DNA of 64,000 nucleotides, from the NCBI GenBank assembly GCA_963816145.1, contig CAWFJP010000014.1, positions 224,001-288,000 on the forward strand, given 5' to 3'. A program made the position numbers and the translations under genes. Below, one piece after another: positions 49,040-58,447 of the stretch. Position 1 is the stretch's first letter; every line of letters starts with the position of its first letter. Under the pieces are notes generated by a model, which was not told where the DNA came from, did no database searches, and worked only from the letters and a program-made list of their open reading frames with translations. The stretch is from an uncultured delta proteobacterium. GTDB lineage: Bacteria > Desulfobacterota > Binatia > UBA9968.

Positions 49040-49366
49040 TGAGTTGGATTGGGATGTTGCCATTTCGGAAACTTATGCAGCAGATTCGGGTGGTGATACA
49101 TCATGGCGGACTCGCTACCCTAGCTTGTGCGCTGGAAACGGGCATTCCGCAATTGGTCTTACCAAAGATCTAACCGCCCCGATAATGCCGAGCGATTGCA
49201 GAGGCTCGGTGTGGCCGAATTCTTGCCGCCGCCAAAGTGGCAGCCCGAACATATTGCCGAAGCGTTGTTGCGGTTGACAACCTCTTCTTCAGTCGCCGAG
49301 AAATGCAAATCTATTGCAGACCGCCTTGGAGGTCAGGATGGATCGGAAACGCTTGTGAAATCCTAG
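49040..49366 (+). pseudogene. C-terminal remnant of a GT1/UDP-glycosyltransferase
   Basis: WIGMLPFRKLMQQIRVVIHHGGLATLACALETGIPQLVLP, then after a shift RPDNAERLQRLGVA: the UDPGT signature; N-domain missing. Confidence 0.8.
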
Positions 49367-49531
49367 AGCAAGGTAGCTGAAGAGTGCCGGGGCGATGGGG
49401 CAGCTTCGCGAAAGGTTCAAAAAAAAGAATGGGTTGGGTGCTGGGACAGTGGTAATGGCGTTCGATGGTAACTCCGGTGACCTCGCGCATCTGACCCGGT
49501 GGACCTGATCGTGAGTGTGAAAGAGCGTGGG

Positions 49532-49613
49532 TTTTCAGGCTTTTTTATTTGGGGGGGTATTGAAGAGTGCTACGGATTGGCACCTGGTTTTGGCACAAAA
49601 CCGGAACGTTTTT
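49532..49613 (+). repeat. Island sub-terminal direct repeat, copy 2
   Basis: Same 26-bp core at 49588-49613, plus a second TTGGCAC just upstream. Confidence 0.85.
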
Positions 49614-49664
49614 TAGCGCGAAGAGGACGAGGACTGGGAATCTCTAACGATATTAAGTGTGAAG

Positions 49665-49740
49665 TGGAGGCGGCGAGCGGATTCGAACCGCTGCATCGAG
49701 GTTTTGCAGACCTCTCCCTTAACCACTTGGGTACGCCGCC
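49665..49740 (-). tRNA. tRNA-Cys (GCA)
   Basis: Reverse complement GGCGGCGTACCCAAGTGGTTAAGGGAGAGGTCTGCAAAACCTCGATGCAGCGGTTCGAATCCGCTCGCCGCCTCCA folds as a cloverleaf with anticodon GCA and encoded CCA. Confidence 0.98.
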
Positions 49741-49851
49741 CTCGACGAAATAGGTAACATGTTCTGTTTGCGACATGCAATAAGCGTTGAAAATATTGAC
49801 TTCCCGAGGCGAAACAAGTAAGCAAATTGAAAGCTTACAAGGAGTTTATCA

Positions 49852-51174
49852 ATGGCGACGATGATCACGGCGGACTGCATTAATTGCGGCGCATGCGAGC
49901 CTGAGTGTCCCAATAATGCGATCAGCCAGGGCGATCCCGTTTATGTCATTGCCCCGCAGTTGTGCACGGAGTGCGTTGGCTTTCATGATTATGAAGCCTG
50001 CGCCGCGGTCTGCCCGGTCGATGTCTGTGTGACCGATCCGAAGAATATCGAAAGCGAAGAGGTTTTGGTCGCTCGGGCGCGCGCGTTGCATCCCGAACTC
50101 ACGATTGGCGATAATTTCCAATCGCGTTTTCGCAAAGGCGTTGTGGCCGTGGCTCCAGCGGCTGCCGCCCAGCCAGCGTCGGCCGCGCCAGCACCGGCTG
50201 CCGCGGTAAAGCCCGTGGCCGCCCCAGTGGTTGCGAAAGCGCCGCCGCCAGTGCCGTCGGCGAAGCCAGCGCCAGCGCCGGTAAAAACGGAACCGCGGCC
50301 GAAGAAACACTTTCCCAACGAACTACCGTTGAGCTTCGATGAAGCGATGAAGCAGTATCAATCGGGCGGCTCGACGCAACCGGGGTGGTTTCGTGCCGCG
50401 GTGATTCTTGCCCAGCCGCTGATCGGCGCATTGCCTCATGGTATTAAAAAGCGACTGGAGCTGGCGGTGCAGAGTCCGCTGTTTACCGCCGGTGGCAGCA
50501 CGGCGGTGAACATTGTTCATAATGCGGTGCTGTATCCACTCATCGCCGCCGGCATTGGGGTCGCTTGGCATGGCGACCCCGGATTTATTTTCGATAAGGG
50601 GATCAATAATTATTTGTTGGTTGGCTTGTTGCTGGCCGTGTTGGAAGGGATATGGCGGCTCAAGGATGGGCTGTTCAAAGTGAAGCCCGCTGAAGAGATG
50701 GAATTCCCGCCGGGTGTTTATGGCGCTCCGATGGCCTTGGTGGCGGACGCCTTTTTGTCAAAACACGTCGGGTTGGTTCGAGAGATTCCGGTCCCGGTCG
50801 AAGGCTTTTATTCCAAAGGATTTGTCGACAAGCGCGAACGGGAGCGGCGTTACGGCAACATCTATACGGTCGAGGACTGCGGCGGAGCGTATCTGATGCG
50901 CATGGAGTTTCCGCGCTGGCTCCCTGAGCTTGGGATTAAGAATCGTGATCAGCTGTCCGATGAAATGCCCGATTACGATTACGATTTATCGCTGCAGGAC
51001 AGCCAATTGATCGTCAAGGGCAAATGTATCGACGACAAGGTCCGTAAAATCTCATCGAGCGTCGGCGCGTTCCCACCGGAATTTACCAGTGTCATTGCGT
51101 TCCGCGAACGGATTTCCGGTTTTGCCCATCAGTTCAATCACAAAAACTTAGAGGTGCTGCTCGTCAAAGCTTAG
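49852..51174 (+). CDS. YfhL-like 2[4Fe-4S] ferredoxin fused via an Ala/Pro linker to TM helices and a possible HSP20-like C-domain
   Basis: CINCGACEPECP and CTECVG...CAAVCP; long AP-rich linker; two hydrophobic helices; beta-rich tail. Confidence 0.85.
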   Translation: MATMITADCINCGACEPECPNNAISQGDPVYVIAPQLCTECVGFHDYEACAAVCPVDVCVTDPKNIESEEVLVARARALHPELTIGDNFQSRFRKGVVAVAPAAAAQPASAAPAPAAAVKPVAAPVVAKAPPPVPSAKPAPAPVKTEPRPKKHFPNELPLSFDEAMKQYQSGGSTQPGWFRAAVILAQPLIGALPHGIKKRLELAVQSPLFTAGGSTAVNIVHNAVLYPLIAAGIGVAWHGDPGFIFDKGINNYLLVGLLLAVLEGIWRLKDGLFKVKPAEEMEFPPGVYGAPMALVADAFLSKHVGLVREIPVPVEGFYSKGFVDKRERERRYGNIYTVEDCGGAYLMRMEFPRWLPELGIKNRDQLSDEMPDYDYDLSLQDSQLIVKGKCIDDKVRKISSSVGAFPPEFTSVIAFRERISGFAHQFNHKNLEVLLVKA

Positions 51175-51177
51175 CAA

Positions 51178-51729
51178 TTGAATCGAGAGAACGTGGCGAT
51201 CAATTTCTCATCAAAGACAGTTTCAGCCACAATCGCAAAGCCACAGGAAGAAGAAAGTTCCTGTGGCTTTTTAGTGTGTGGCAAACCGGTGCTTTTCAGG
51301 CCGATGACCAAGGACGACCTGGACCAGGTCATGACGATCGAGCGCTCGGCGTACCGCTTTCCGTGGAGTTCGGGCTTCTTTCTTCAAGAACTGCAAGTTG
51401 CCTGCGCGCGCTCCATTCTCGCAGAGATCGACGGAAGGATCTGCGGCTATGTGCTGTTTTGGCTGCTGCCAGGTTCGATCGATGTTCACAATTTAGCCAT
51501 CACTCCCGAGCTTCGCCGGCGCGGTCTTGCGCGTAGGCTCATGCGTCACGTTGTGGCCACGGCTAAGCTCCAATCGGCTACTCGTGTGACACTTGAGGTT
51601 CGGCAGTCAAATAGCCCGGCAAAAGAGCTATATGCCTCACTCGGGTTTGTTCAAACCGGTTTGCGCAAGGGCTATTACTCAGACGATGGTGAGGACGCGT
51701 ATACGATGGCTTTAGAACTTGATGTATAG
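51178..51729 (+). CDS. rimI: Ribosomal-protein-alanine N-acetyltransferase (start uncertain)
   Basis: IERSAYRFPWS, HNLAI, LEVRQSN, RKGYYSD.GEDA. Confidence 0.9.
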   Translation: MNRENVAINFSSKTVSATIAKPQEEESSCGFLVCGKPVLFRPMTKDDLDQVMTIERSAYRFPWSSGFFLQELQVACARSILAEIDGRICGYVLFWLLPGSIDVHNLAITPELRRRGLARRLMRHVVATAKLQSATRVTLEVRQSNSPAKELYASLGFVQTGLRKGYYSDDGEDAYTMALELDV

Positions 51730-51836
51730 GTTTAACTTCTGGCGAAATTCATGGTGCTCCGAGAACCCGATCATAGTTCGATATTTGAACCCTAAACTAT
51801 TGAAAGGATTATTTTTTGTCAAAAGTTTCATCGAGC

Positions 51837-51866
51837 TTGACGCGCCGTTCACCTCTGTTGTATAAG
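51837..51866 (+). promoter_or_regulatory. Putative sigma70 promoter upstream of carD
   Basis: TTGACG-18 bp-TATAAG. Confidence 0.5.
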
Positions 51867-52112
51867 TATTCTGCTGAGCACTAATGAAAGGCGGTCCGAT
51901 GTTGGTGGCCGCTAATTTTTTTTAAAGTCCCGGAAGCGGGGCAGTGACGAGCGGCATGATACAAAAAACTAATTTTGCAGTTTTAAGTTTTGCCGGTCGC
52001 CCCAGTATTCAGCTCACCCAACCTCATCTTCATAGTTTCTTCGATTCAGCCGTCCAGAATCGACTCTGGTTCGTTCTCAAACGCGAAAGTTTCGGTTTAC
52101 GAGGAGGTTTCC

Positions 52113-52595
52113 ATGTTTAAGATAGGTGAGAAGGTTGTTTATCCGGCCCATGGTGTCGGTGAGATTGAAGCGATTCGCTCGCATACGATCTCCGGATCGG
52201 AGCGAAGGTTTTATATGCTGCGCATCTTAGAAACCGATATGAAGATCATGATCCCAATCGACAACGTCGACTCTGTGGGATTGCGCAAAATTATCGATCG
52301 GGCGATGGTCAACAAGGTCTACAAAGTCTTGCGTCAGAAAAAGGTCGAAACCGACCAGCAGACCTGGAACCGCCGGTATCGCGAATACACCGAGAAGATC
52401 AAGACCGGGTCAATCCTTGAGATCGCCAAGGTGTTGCGTGATCTTTTTGTCCTCAAAGGCGATAAGGAGCTTTCTTTCGGTGAGCGCAAGATGCTCGATA
52501 CCGCACGCAACCTGCTGGTGAAAGAGCTTTCGATCGCGCGCTCACATTCGGAAGAAAAGATCATGGAAGAGCTGCGTCACATATTCACTCACTAA
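52113..52595 (+). CDS. carD: CarD/CdnL family RNA polymerase-binding regulator
   Basis: GGAGG RBS; FKIGEKVVYPAHGVG, TWNRRYR, LSFGERKML. Confidence 0.95.
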   Translation: MFKIGEKVVYPAHGVGEIEAIRSHTISGSERRFYMLRILETDMKIMIPIDNVDSVGLRKIIDRAMVNKVYKVLRQKKVETDQQTWNRRYREYTEKIKTGSILEIAKVLRDLFVLKGDKELSFGERKMLDTARNLLVKELSIARSHSEEKIMEELRHIFTH

Positions 52596-52626
52596 GTACC
52601 GAATCGAAACCGAATATGTTCCTAAG

Positions 52627-52654
52627 AGCCGAGAGCTTATCTCTCGGCTTTTTT
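52627..52654 (+). terminator. Rho-independent terminator after carD
   Basis: AGCCGAGAG-CTTAT-CTCTCGGCT followed by a T run. Confidence 0.8.
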
Positions 52655-52668
52655 GTTTTGGAGCCGCG

Positions 52669-53367
52669 ATGCATGTCACTGCGATTATCGTTGCCGCCGG
52701 CGCGGGCCGCCGGATTGGCGGCGCCACTGCCAAAACCTACCTGCCATTAGCGGGGCGGCCGCTGATCCTGCGAACGCTGGATCGAATTTTTGCAACGCCG
52801 GCAATTGCAAATGTCGTGCTAGTTGTGAGAGCGACTGATGTGAAAGATTGTCGGACGCTTTTGGACTCTGATGCGTCTCTCAAGGGGTGCGCCTGCGTTC
52901 TTCAGGCTGGCGGGGCGACGCGTCAACAATCGGTTCGGCGCGGCCTGAAGAAGCTCGGCCCGGAGACCGATATCGTGATGATCCACGATGGCGCGCGGCC
53001 CTTCGTCTCTTCGGCGCTGGTCGACCGTTGTCTCCAAGCGGCGGTTGTGAAAGGAGCGGCGGTGGCTGGCCTGCCGGTGCGCGACACCATCAAAAGAGTC
53101 AGCGGCGATGGCTATATTCAAAGCACCCCGGAAAGAACCGGTCTATGGGAGATCCAGACGCCGCAGATTTTTCAGCGGGATCTGATTGTCGCAGCCCATG
53201 AATCGGCAGCGCGCGAAGGTTTCGAAGCGAGCGATGACGCCATGGTGGTCGAGCGCATCGGTAAACCGGTCTTTGTCGTCGAAGGGGAGCGGAGCAATTT
53301 TAAGATAACCGTGTCGGAAGATTTAGAGTTGGCCGAGGCGATGATCCGCGCTGGCCTCGTCGCTTAA
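52669..53367 (+). CDS. ispD: 2-C-methyl-D-erythritol 4-phosphate cytidylyltransferase
   Basis: AAGAGRR...K, GGATRQQSV, IHDGARP, QTPQ, NFKIT. Confidence 0.95.
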   Translation: MHVTAIIVAAGAGRRIGGATAKTYLPLAGRPLILRTLDRIFATPAIANVVLVVRATDVKDCRTLLDSDASLKGCACVLQAGGATRQQSVRRGLKKLGPETDIVMIHDGARPFVSSALVDRCLQAAVVKGAAVAGLPVRDTIKRVSGDGYIQSTPERTGLWEIQTPQIFQRDLIVAAHESAAREGFEASDDAMVVERIGKPVFVVEGERSNFKITVSEDLELAEAMIRAGLVA

Positions 53368-54176
53368 TGCGCTGGCGCTTTGACGCTTTCGTTTAAGCTG
53401 CCGCTGCGAAAGCCCTGTAGATCGAGACTAACGAAACTAAAGCCCACTTCTTTGAAACGCTTGACAATCGCATCTCGGATCGTCTTGTCGAAGAGCCGAT
53501 CGATTTCAGTTTGATTGACTTCGATTCTTGCTAGATCGCCGTGGTAACGCACGCGAAATTCACGGAAGCCCAACCCTTTCAAAAATACTTCGCAGGCGCC
53601 GACCTTTTTGAGTTTGTCGAGATCGATGGCGGTGCCATAGGGAAATCGTGAGGACAGGCAGGGGCTCGATGGTTTGTCCCAGGTCGGTAACGCCAGTTCG
53701 CGGCTGTAGCGGCGAATGTCGTCCTTGGTCATGCCGGCTTCGACGAGTGGGTGGCGAATGCGCCATTGATCCGCGGCCCGCAATCCTGGGCGATGATCTT
53801 TGAGATCGTCAAGATTGGTGCCGTCAACGATTGTCGCCAACCCGAGCTTGTTCGCTTGCTCGCGGCAAATGCGATAAAGCTCGTCCTTGCAGAAAAAACA
53901 CCGATTGACCGGATTCTGCGCGTAGGCCGGATTATCAATCTCGTGCGAGTCGAGGACGATGTGGCGGCAGCCCAAGCTGGCGGCGAAACTTTTTGCCGCG
54001 TCGAGTTCTCCCGGCGGAACCGACGCAGACGAGGCGGTGAGGGCAACAACGCCGTCGCCCACCGCCAGATGCGCCGCCTTCAACAAAAACGTCGAATCGA
54101 CGCCGGCTGAAAACGCCACCATGATTTGATCCGATTGGCCGAGGATCTCGGTTAGGTGGCGGAACTTGGCGTCCAT
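53364..54176 (-). CDS. larE: LarE-family ATP-dependent sulfur transferase
   Basis: [10 protein letters not shown]-loop, [37 protein letters not shown]. Confidence 0.92.
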   Translation of the reverse strand: MDAKFRHLTEILGQSDQIMVAFSAGVDSTFLLKAAHLAVGDGVVALTASSASVPPGELDAAKSFAASLGCRHIVLDSHEIDNPAYAQNPVNRCFFCKDELYRICREQANKLGLATIVDGTNLDDLKDHRPGLRAADQWRIRHPLVEAGMTKDDIRRYSRELALPTWDKPSSPCLSSRFPYGTAIDLDKLKKVGACEVFLKGLGFREFRVRYHGDLARIEVNQTEIDRLFDKTIRDAIVKRFKEVGFSFVSLDLQGFRSGSLNESVKAPAH

Positions 54177-55105
54177 TTTTTATCGCTGAAAAGATCGGTA
54201 CTGAGGTAATGCTCGCCCTTGTCGGCGAACAGAGTGACCACCACATGGCCTTTGCCGAGTTTCTGCGCAACTTTCAACGCGGCACAGCAAGCGGCGCCCG
54301 ATGAGATGCCGACCAAGAGTCCTTCCTCGGCTGCCAGCCGGCGCGTATATTGGGTGGCTTCCTCGTCGCTGACCGGGATGACTTCGTCGAGAATGTTGCG
54401 ATTCAATACGGCCGGAATGAAGCCGGCACCGATGCCTTGAATCTTGTGATAGCCCGGCTCACCGCCGGCGATGACCGGCGACGATGCTGGCTCGACGGCG
54501 CAGATTCTTACGCCTTTCATTTTTTCTTTGAGCACTTCGCCGACGCCGGTGATTGTGCCGCCGGTGCCGACCCCGGCGATGAAGGCATCGATGCGCTTGA
54601 ACTGTTTGAGCAACTCCTGCGCGGTGGTTTTTCGATGCATGTCCGGGTTGGCAGGATTGTTAAACTGCTGCGGCATGTAGAAGTCGCTGTTCTCCTGGAG
54701 CAGCTCTTCGGCTTTGTGTATCGCGCCACCCATGCCTTTGGTGTCCGGGGTGAGAACCAAATGCGCGCCATACGCCGCGAGCAGGCTGCGCCGTTCCTCG
54801 CTCATGGTATCGGGCATGGTCAAGACCAATTTGTAGCCTTTGACCGCGGCAATCAAAGCCAGCCCGATTCCGGTGTTGCCGCTAGTGGACTCGATAATCG
54901 TCGCGCCGGGTTTAATTTTACCTTGGCGCTCGGCGCATTCGATCATATTCAAGCAGATGCGATCTTTGACCGATCCGCCCGGATTGAAGGACTCCATTTT
55001 GGCCCACACTTCGGCGTCTTCTTTGCCGGGAAGGCTTCTGAGTTTAACCACCGGGGTGGAACCGATCAGATCCAACACCGACCGCGCACCATTGGAGCTT
55101 GCCAC
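54152..55105 (-). CDS. cysK: Cysteine synthase A
   Basis: NPGGSVKDR (PLP Lys), [30 protein letters not shown]. Confidence 0.95.
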   Translation of the reverse strand: MASSNGARSVLDLIGSTPVVKLRSLPGKEDAEVWAKMESFNPGGSVKDRICLNMIECAERQGKIKPGATIIESTSGNTGIGLALIAAVKGYKLVLTMPDTMSEERRSLLAAYGAHLVLTPDTKGMGGAIHKAEELLQENSDFYMPQQFNNPANPDMHRKTTAQELLKQFKRIDAFIAGVGTGGTITGVGEVLKEKMKGVRICAVEPASSPVIAGGEPGYHKIQGIGAGFIPAVLNRNILDEVIPVSDEEATQYTRRLAAEEGLLVGISSGAACCAALKVAQKLGKGHVVVTLFADKGEHYLSTDLFSDKKWTPSSAT

Positions 55106-55180
55106 GAATAGTCTCGACTTTCCTGAAAGGGGGTGAATTTCGATTTGCTTTTGTCAAAATGCTATATAGTTGACCAGTTA

Positions 55181-56224
55181 ATGTCAATGAATTCAGCCGA
55201 AACCTCGCCCGTACCAAGCGACCTGCCGCGCATTTGCGTGCTGTTCCCCGGCGCTCTCGGCGACTTTGTTTGTTTCTTGCCGGCGCTGCGCCAACTGGCC
55301 CACTCGAGTCCTGTCGATCTTCTCGCCCGTAGTGACTTTGCCGCCATCGCGCCGCCTGGTGTGACTGTCGATTCGTTGGAACGCTTTGAATTACGCCAGT
55401 TATTCATCGCTGACGGTGCGGCCAACCCGCGGGTCAAGCGATTCTTTTCGAGGTACGCCGCCATCTATTCTTGGTTCGCCAGCCAGCAACCAGTATTCGT
55501 TGACCACATCCAAAAAGCTTCACAACGGCGCGCGCAGATTTTTCCGTTTCGCCCGGACAAGCTGGCCATCCATCAAGCGGACTACTATCTTTCTTGTCTC
55601 ACTAGTCAGAGCAAAAAACAGGGAGCTTTTGAACCATTAGTAGCATTGCGTCCCGACGCGTTATTCTGGTGCGAAGCCTTCTTCTGCAGCAACCGATTGG
55701 CTAGTGCACCGCTTCTAGTCCTGGCACCAGGGAGCGGCGCCAGGGAGAAGAATTGGCCCGAAGCCCACTATCTCCAGGTGGCGCATTGGTGGCGCCAGCA
55801 GTTCGACGGCAAGGTGGTGGTTGTCGTCGGCCCGGTTGAGGCCGAACGGCGTGGCTTCGAGCATCTGTTGTCTGCTTCCACGGTCGCCAGTGGGCTTGAT
55901 CTGGCGCAGTTGGCGGCACTGCTTTCCCGTTGCGATGTCTATGTCGGAAACGACAGCGGCGTCTCCCATCTTGCTGCCGCGGTTGGGGCGCGCACGGTCG
56001 CGATCTTCGGTCCTACGGACGAGCGGCAGTGGGCGCCGCGCGGTCCGCGCGTGTCGATCTTGCGCCGTCAGATCGCCTGTGCTCCCTGTGGCGACAGCGT
56101 TAAGAAGCGCTGTCCACATCGCGCTTGTCTCGCTGAATTGACTTCGACGGAAATCATTCATGAGCTGAGAAAGCTCCCGGAAATCGCAAACTTGACAAGG
56201 CTGGAGGTGGGGATTAGAGTTTAG
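55181..56224 (+). CDS. Glycosyltransferase family 9 (heptosyltransferase-like)
   Basis: GALGD, APGSG..EKNWP, YVGNDSGVSHLAAA, IFGPT. Confidence 0.92.
   Translation: MSMNSAETSPVPSDLPRICVLFPGALGDFVCFLPALRQLAHSSPVDLLARSDFAAIAPPGVTVDSLERFELRQLFIADGAANPRVKRFFSRYAAIYSWFASQQPVFVDHIQKASQRRAQIFPFRPDKLAIHQADYYLSCLTSQSKKQGAFEPLVALRPDALFWCEAFFCSNRLASAPLLVLAPGSGAREKNWPEAHYLQVAHWWRQQFDGKVVVVVGPVEAERRGFEHLLSASTVASGLDLAQLAALLSRCDVYVGNDSGVSHLAAAVGARTVAIFGPTDERQWAPRGPRVSILRRQIACAPCGDSVKKRCPHRACLAELTSTEIIHELRKLPEIANLTRLEVGIRV
56192..56220 (+). promoter_or_regulatory. Putative sigma70 promoter in the 3' end of the GT9 gene
   Basis: TTGACA-17 bp-TAGAGT upstream of the DUF1844-degP-like genes. Confidence 0.55.
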
Positions 56225-56397
56225 TTTAAGTTTTCGATTGAGCAGAAAGATCTGGCAAGTTATTTTCGTCACCGTTTTGATTGTGCTTAATATCGAATAG
56301 ACAGAATGTTTAACCGATTGCCTGGAAATCGGCGATCCGATTGATCGCGCCTACGGTTTCCAGGCTTTTTTTCTCCAGGTTTCGCGGGAGTAGAGAA

Positions 56398-56823
56398 ATG
56401 GCGGCGGAAGAAGAAAAACAAGAAAATAGAGGGTTCACGGTACAGGATCGGCGGCGATTCTCGCCGGAGACTGGAGAAGCGCGCGACGACGCGCCGGAAT
56501 CGCAGCAGGCGGCAAGTCAAGCGTCGCCTCAGCCGGCGCAAGAGGCTGCGGATGCTGCTCGCGCGAATGCGTTGCCAGAGATCGATTTTTCCACCTTTGT
56601 CATTAGTCTGAGCACTCAAGCGTTGATGAATTTAGGTGAAATCGCTAATCCGGTCAGTGAGAAAATCGACGCCGATATCAGCGTGGCCAAGCAGATGATC
56701 GATATCTTGGGCATGTTGAAGGAAAAAACCCGTGGCAACTTGAACGCTAACGAGGATCGGCTGATGGAAGGCATTCTGTTCGATTTGCGCATGAAGTATG
56801 TCGAAGCGGTGAAGAAGCGATAG
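56398..56823 (+). CDS. DUF1844-like protein
   Basis: FTVQDRR, IDFSTFVISL..QAL..LG, AKQMIDILGML.EKT.GNL. Confidence 0.85.
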   Translation: MAAEEEKQENRGFTVQDRRRFSPETGEARDDAPESQQAASQASPQPAQEAADAARANALPEIDFSTFVISLSTQALMNLGEIANPVSEKIDADISVAKQMIDILGMLKEKTRGNLNANEDRLMEGILFDLRMKYVEAVKKR

Positions 56824-56831
56824 GAGTTTGG

Positions 56832-58331
56832 ATGGAACCGGAAAGTAAGTGGGGCGGCAGCATCAGTTTCAAGGGCGCGATATTGGTCGCCCTGGTCTCT
56901 CTCGTGGTCGGACTCGGCATTAGCGGTAGCCTTGACTGGTTGTCGCCGGGGCGGGCGGTTAACTTCCTGGGTGATGCCGGCTCCCCTGAGCCGCGTTCAT
57001 CGGGCGGCCTGCCGGATTTTGTCACGCTCGCGAAAAAGATGAGGCCGCTGGTGGTCAACATCTCGACGACCCAAGTGAGCGAAGCCCGCGGCGCCGGCCA
57101 AGAGTTCGGCAGTCCTTTTGGCGAAGACGATCAGTTCAACGACTTTTGGCGACGTTTTTTCGGCGGGCCGGCTCCGCGCGGCGGACAGCAACGCCAGCGC
57201 AGTCTCGGCTCAGGGTTCATCATCGATGGCGACGGTTCGATTTTGACCAATAATCACGTGGTCGAGAATGCCTCGAAGATCGTGGTCAAACTTTCCGACG
57301 ATCAAGAATACGAAGCCAAAGTCATCGGTAGAGACGCCAAGACCGACATCGCGGTTATTAAAATCAACGCCAAGTCGTCGCTGCCGGCGGCAAATTTTGG
57401 CGACTCCGACAAGCTCGAAGTCGGCGAGTGGGTCGTGGCGATCGGTAACCCGTTCGGTTTGGACAGCACCGTGACATCAGGGATCGTTAGTGCCAAAGGC
57501 CGCCATATCGGCCAAGGGCCTTACGATAATTTTATTCAGACCGACGCTTCGATCAATCCGGGCAACTCGGGCGGGCCGTTGATCAACTTGCGCGGCGAGA
57601 TCGTCGGCATCAACACGGCGATTTTCAGCCGCACTGGCGGCAACATGGGCATCGGCTTCGCGATCCCGATCAATCTAGTCAAAGAACTCCTGCCGCAGCT
57701 GCGCGGCAAAGGCAAAGTCACGCGCGGTTTCTTGGGCGTGTTGATTCAAAAGGTAACCCCCGAGATCGCCGAAAGCCTGGGCGTGGACAAAGCGCAAGGC
57801 GCATTGGTCGCCAATGTTTCCAAGGATGGACCGGCGGATAAAGCCGGCGTTAAAGTTGGCGATGTCATCGTCGAATTCGACGGCAAAGAAGTGAAAGACT
57901 CGGGCGACCTGCCGATCATCGTCGCACGTACGCCGGTGGACAAGAAAGTTCGCATGAAGGTGGTGCGTGAGAAAAAGGAAGTCGTGCTCGCTGTCGCGGT
58001 GGGCGAACTGAAGGACGAAGAAGTGGTGGCCTCGGCACCGGAGAAGGGCGAACTCGGCCTAACCGTGCAACGTTTGACGCCGCAAATGGCGGAGAGTTTA
58101 GGTCTGGAAAAATCCGAGGGCGTGGTGGTTTCGGCAGTCGAGCCGGGGAGCGCCGCCGACGATGCCGGCATCCGGCGCGGCGATGTGCTTATGGAAATCG
58201 ACCGCCGCCCGATCCGTAGTCTCGATGAGTATCGCAAATCAGTTGCCGCGATCAAAAAGGGTAGGGGTGTTTTGTTTCTGGTGCGACGCGGTGAAAGCAC
58301 GTTGTTCTTGGCGCTCAAACCGCAGCGTTGA
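56832..58331 (+). CDS. DegP/DegQ (HtrA) serine protease with two PDZ domains
   Basis: GSGFII, TNNHV, DIAV, QTDASINPGNSGGPL. Confidence 0.96.
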   Translation: MEPESKWGGSISFKGAILVALVSLVVGLGISGSLDWLSPGRAVNFLGDAGSPEPRSSGGLPDFVTLAKKMRPLVVNISTTQVSEARGAGQEFGSPFGEDDQFNDFWRRFFGGPAPRGGQQRQRSLGSGFIIDGDGSILTNNHVVENASKIVVKLSDDQEYEAKVIGRDAKTDIAVIKINAKSSLPAANFGDSDKLEVGEWVVAIGNPFGLDSTVTSGIVSAKGRHIGQGPYDNFIQTDASINPGNSGGPLINLRGEIVGINTAIFSRTGGNMGIGFAIPINLVKELLPQLRGKGKVTRGFLGVLIQKVTPEIAESLGVDKAQGALVANVSKDGPADKAGVKVGDVIVEFDGKEVKDSGDLPIIVARTPVDKKVRMKVVREKKEVVLAVAVGELKDEEVVASAPEKGELGLTVQRLTPQMAESLGLEKSEGVVVSAVEPGSAADDAGIRRGDVLMEIDRRPIRSLDEYRKSVAAIKKGRGVLFLVRRGESTLFLALKPQR

Positions 58332-58447
58332 GCCCATTTGTCAGGTTTGAATAAATTCTTGAGGGCTTGGCTTGTCGCCGGCCCTCTTTTCATTGCATTT
58401 ACCGATCATCTGCGCCAAGATTTAACGGTTCATTGGGAGCATCGGGT

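Larger units (their letters stand above)
44058..49701. mobile_element. Decayed genomic island integrated at tRNA-Cys; no integrase visible
   Basis: Bounded by the att direct repeat; visibly more AT-rich than the flanks; internal terminal direct repeats; pseudogene cargo. Confidence 0.85.

Noticed and set aside
50140-50300. GCC/CCA-rich stretch as a DNA repeat element (also 60840-60950)
   Set aside because: Explained by Ala/Pro-rich protein linkers.
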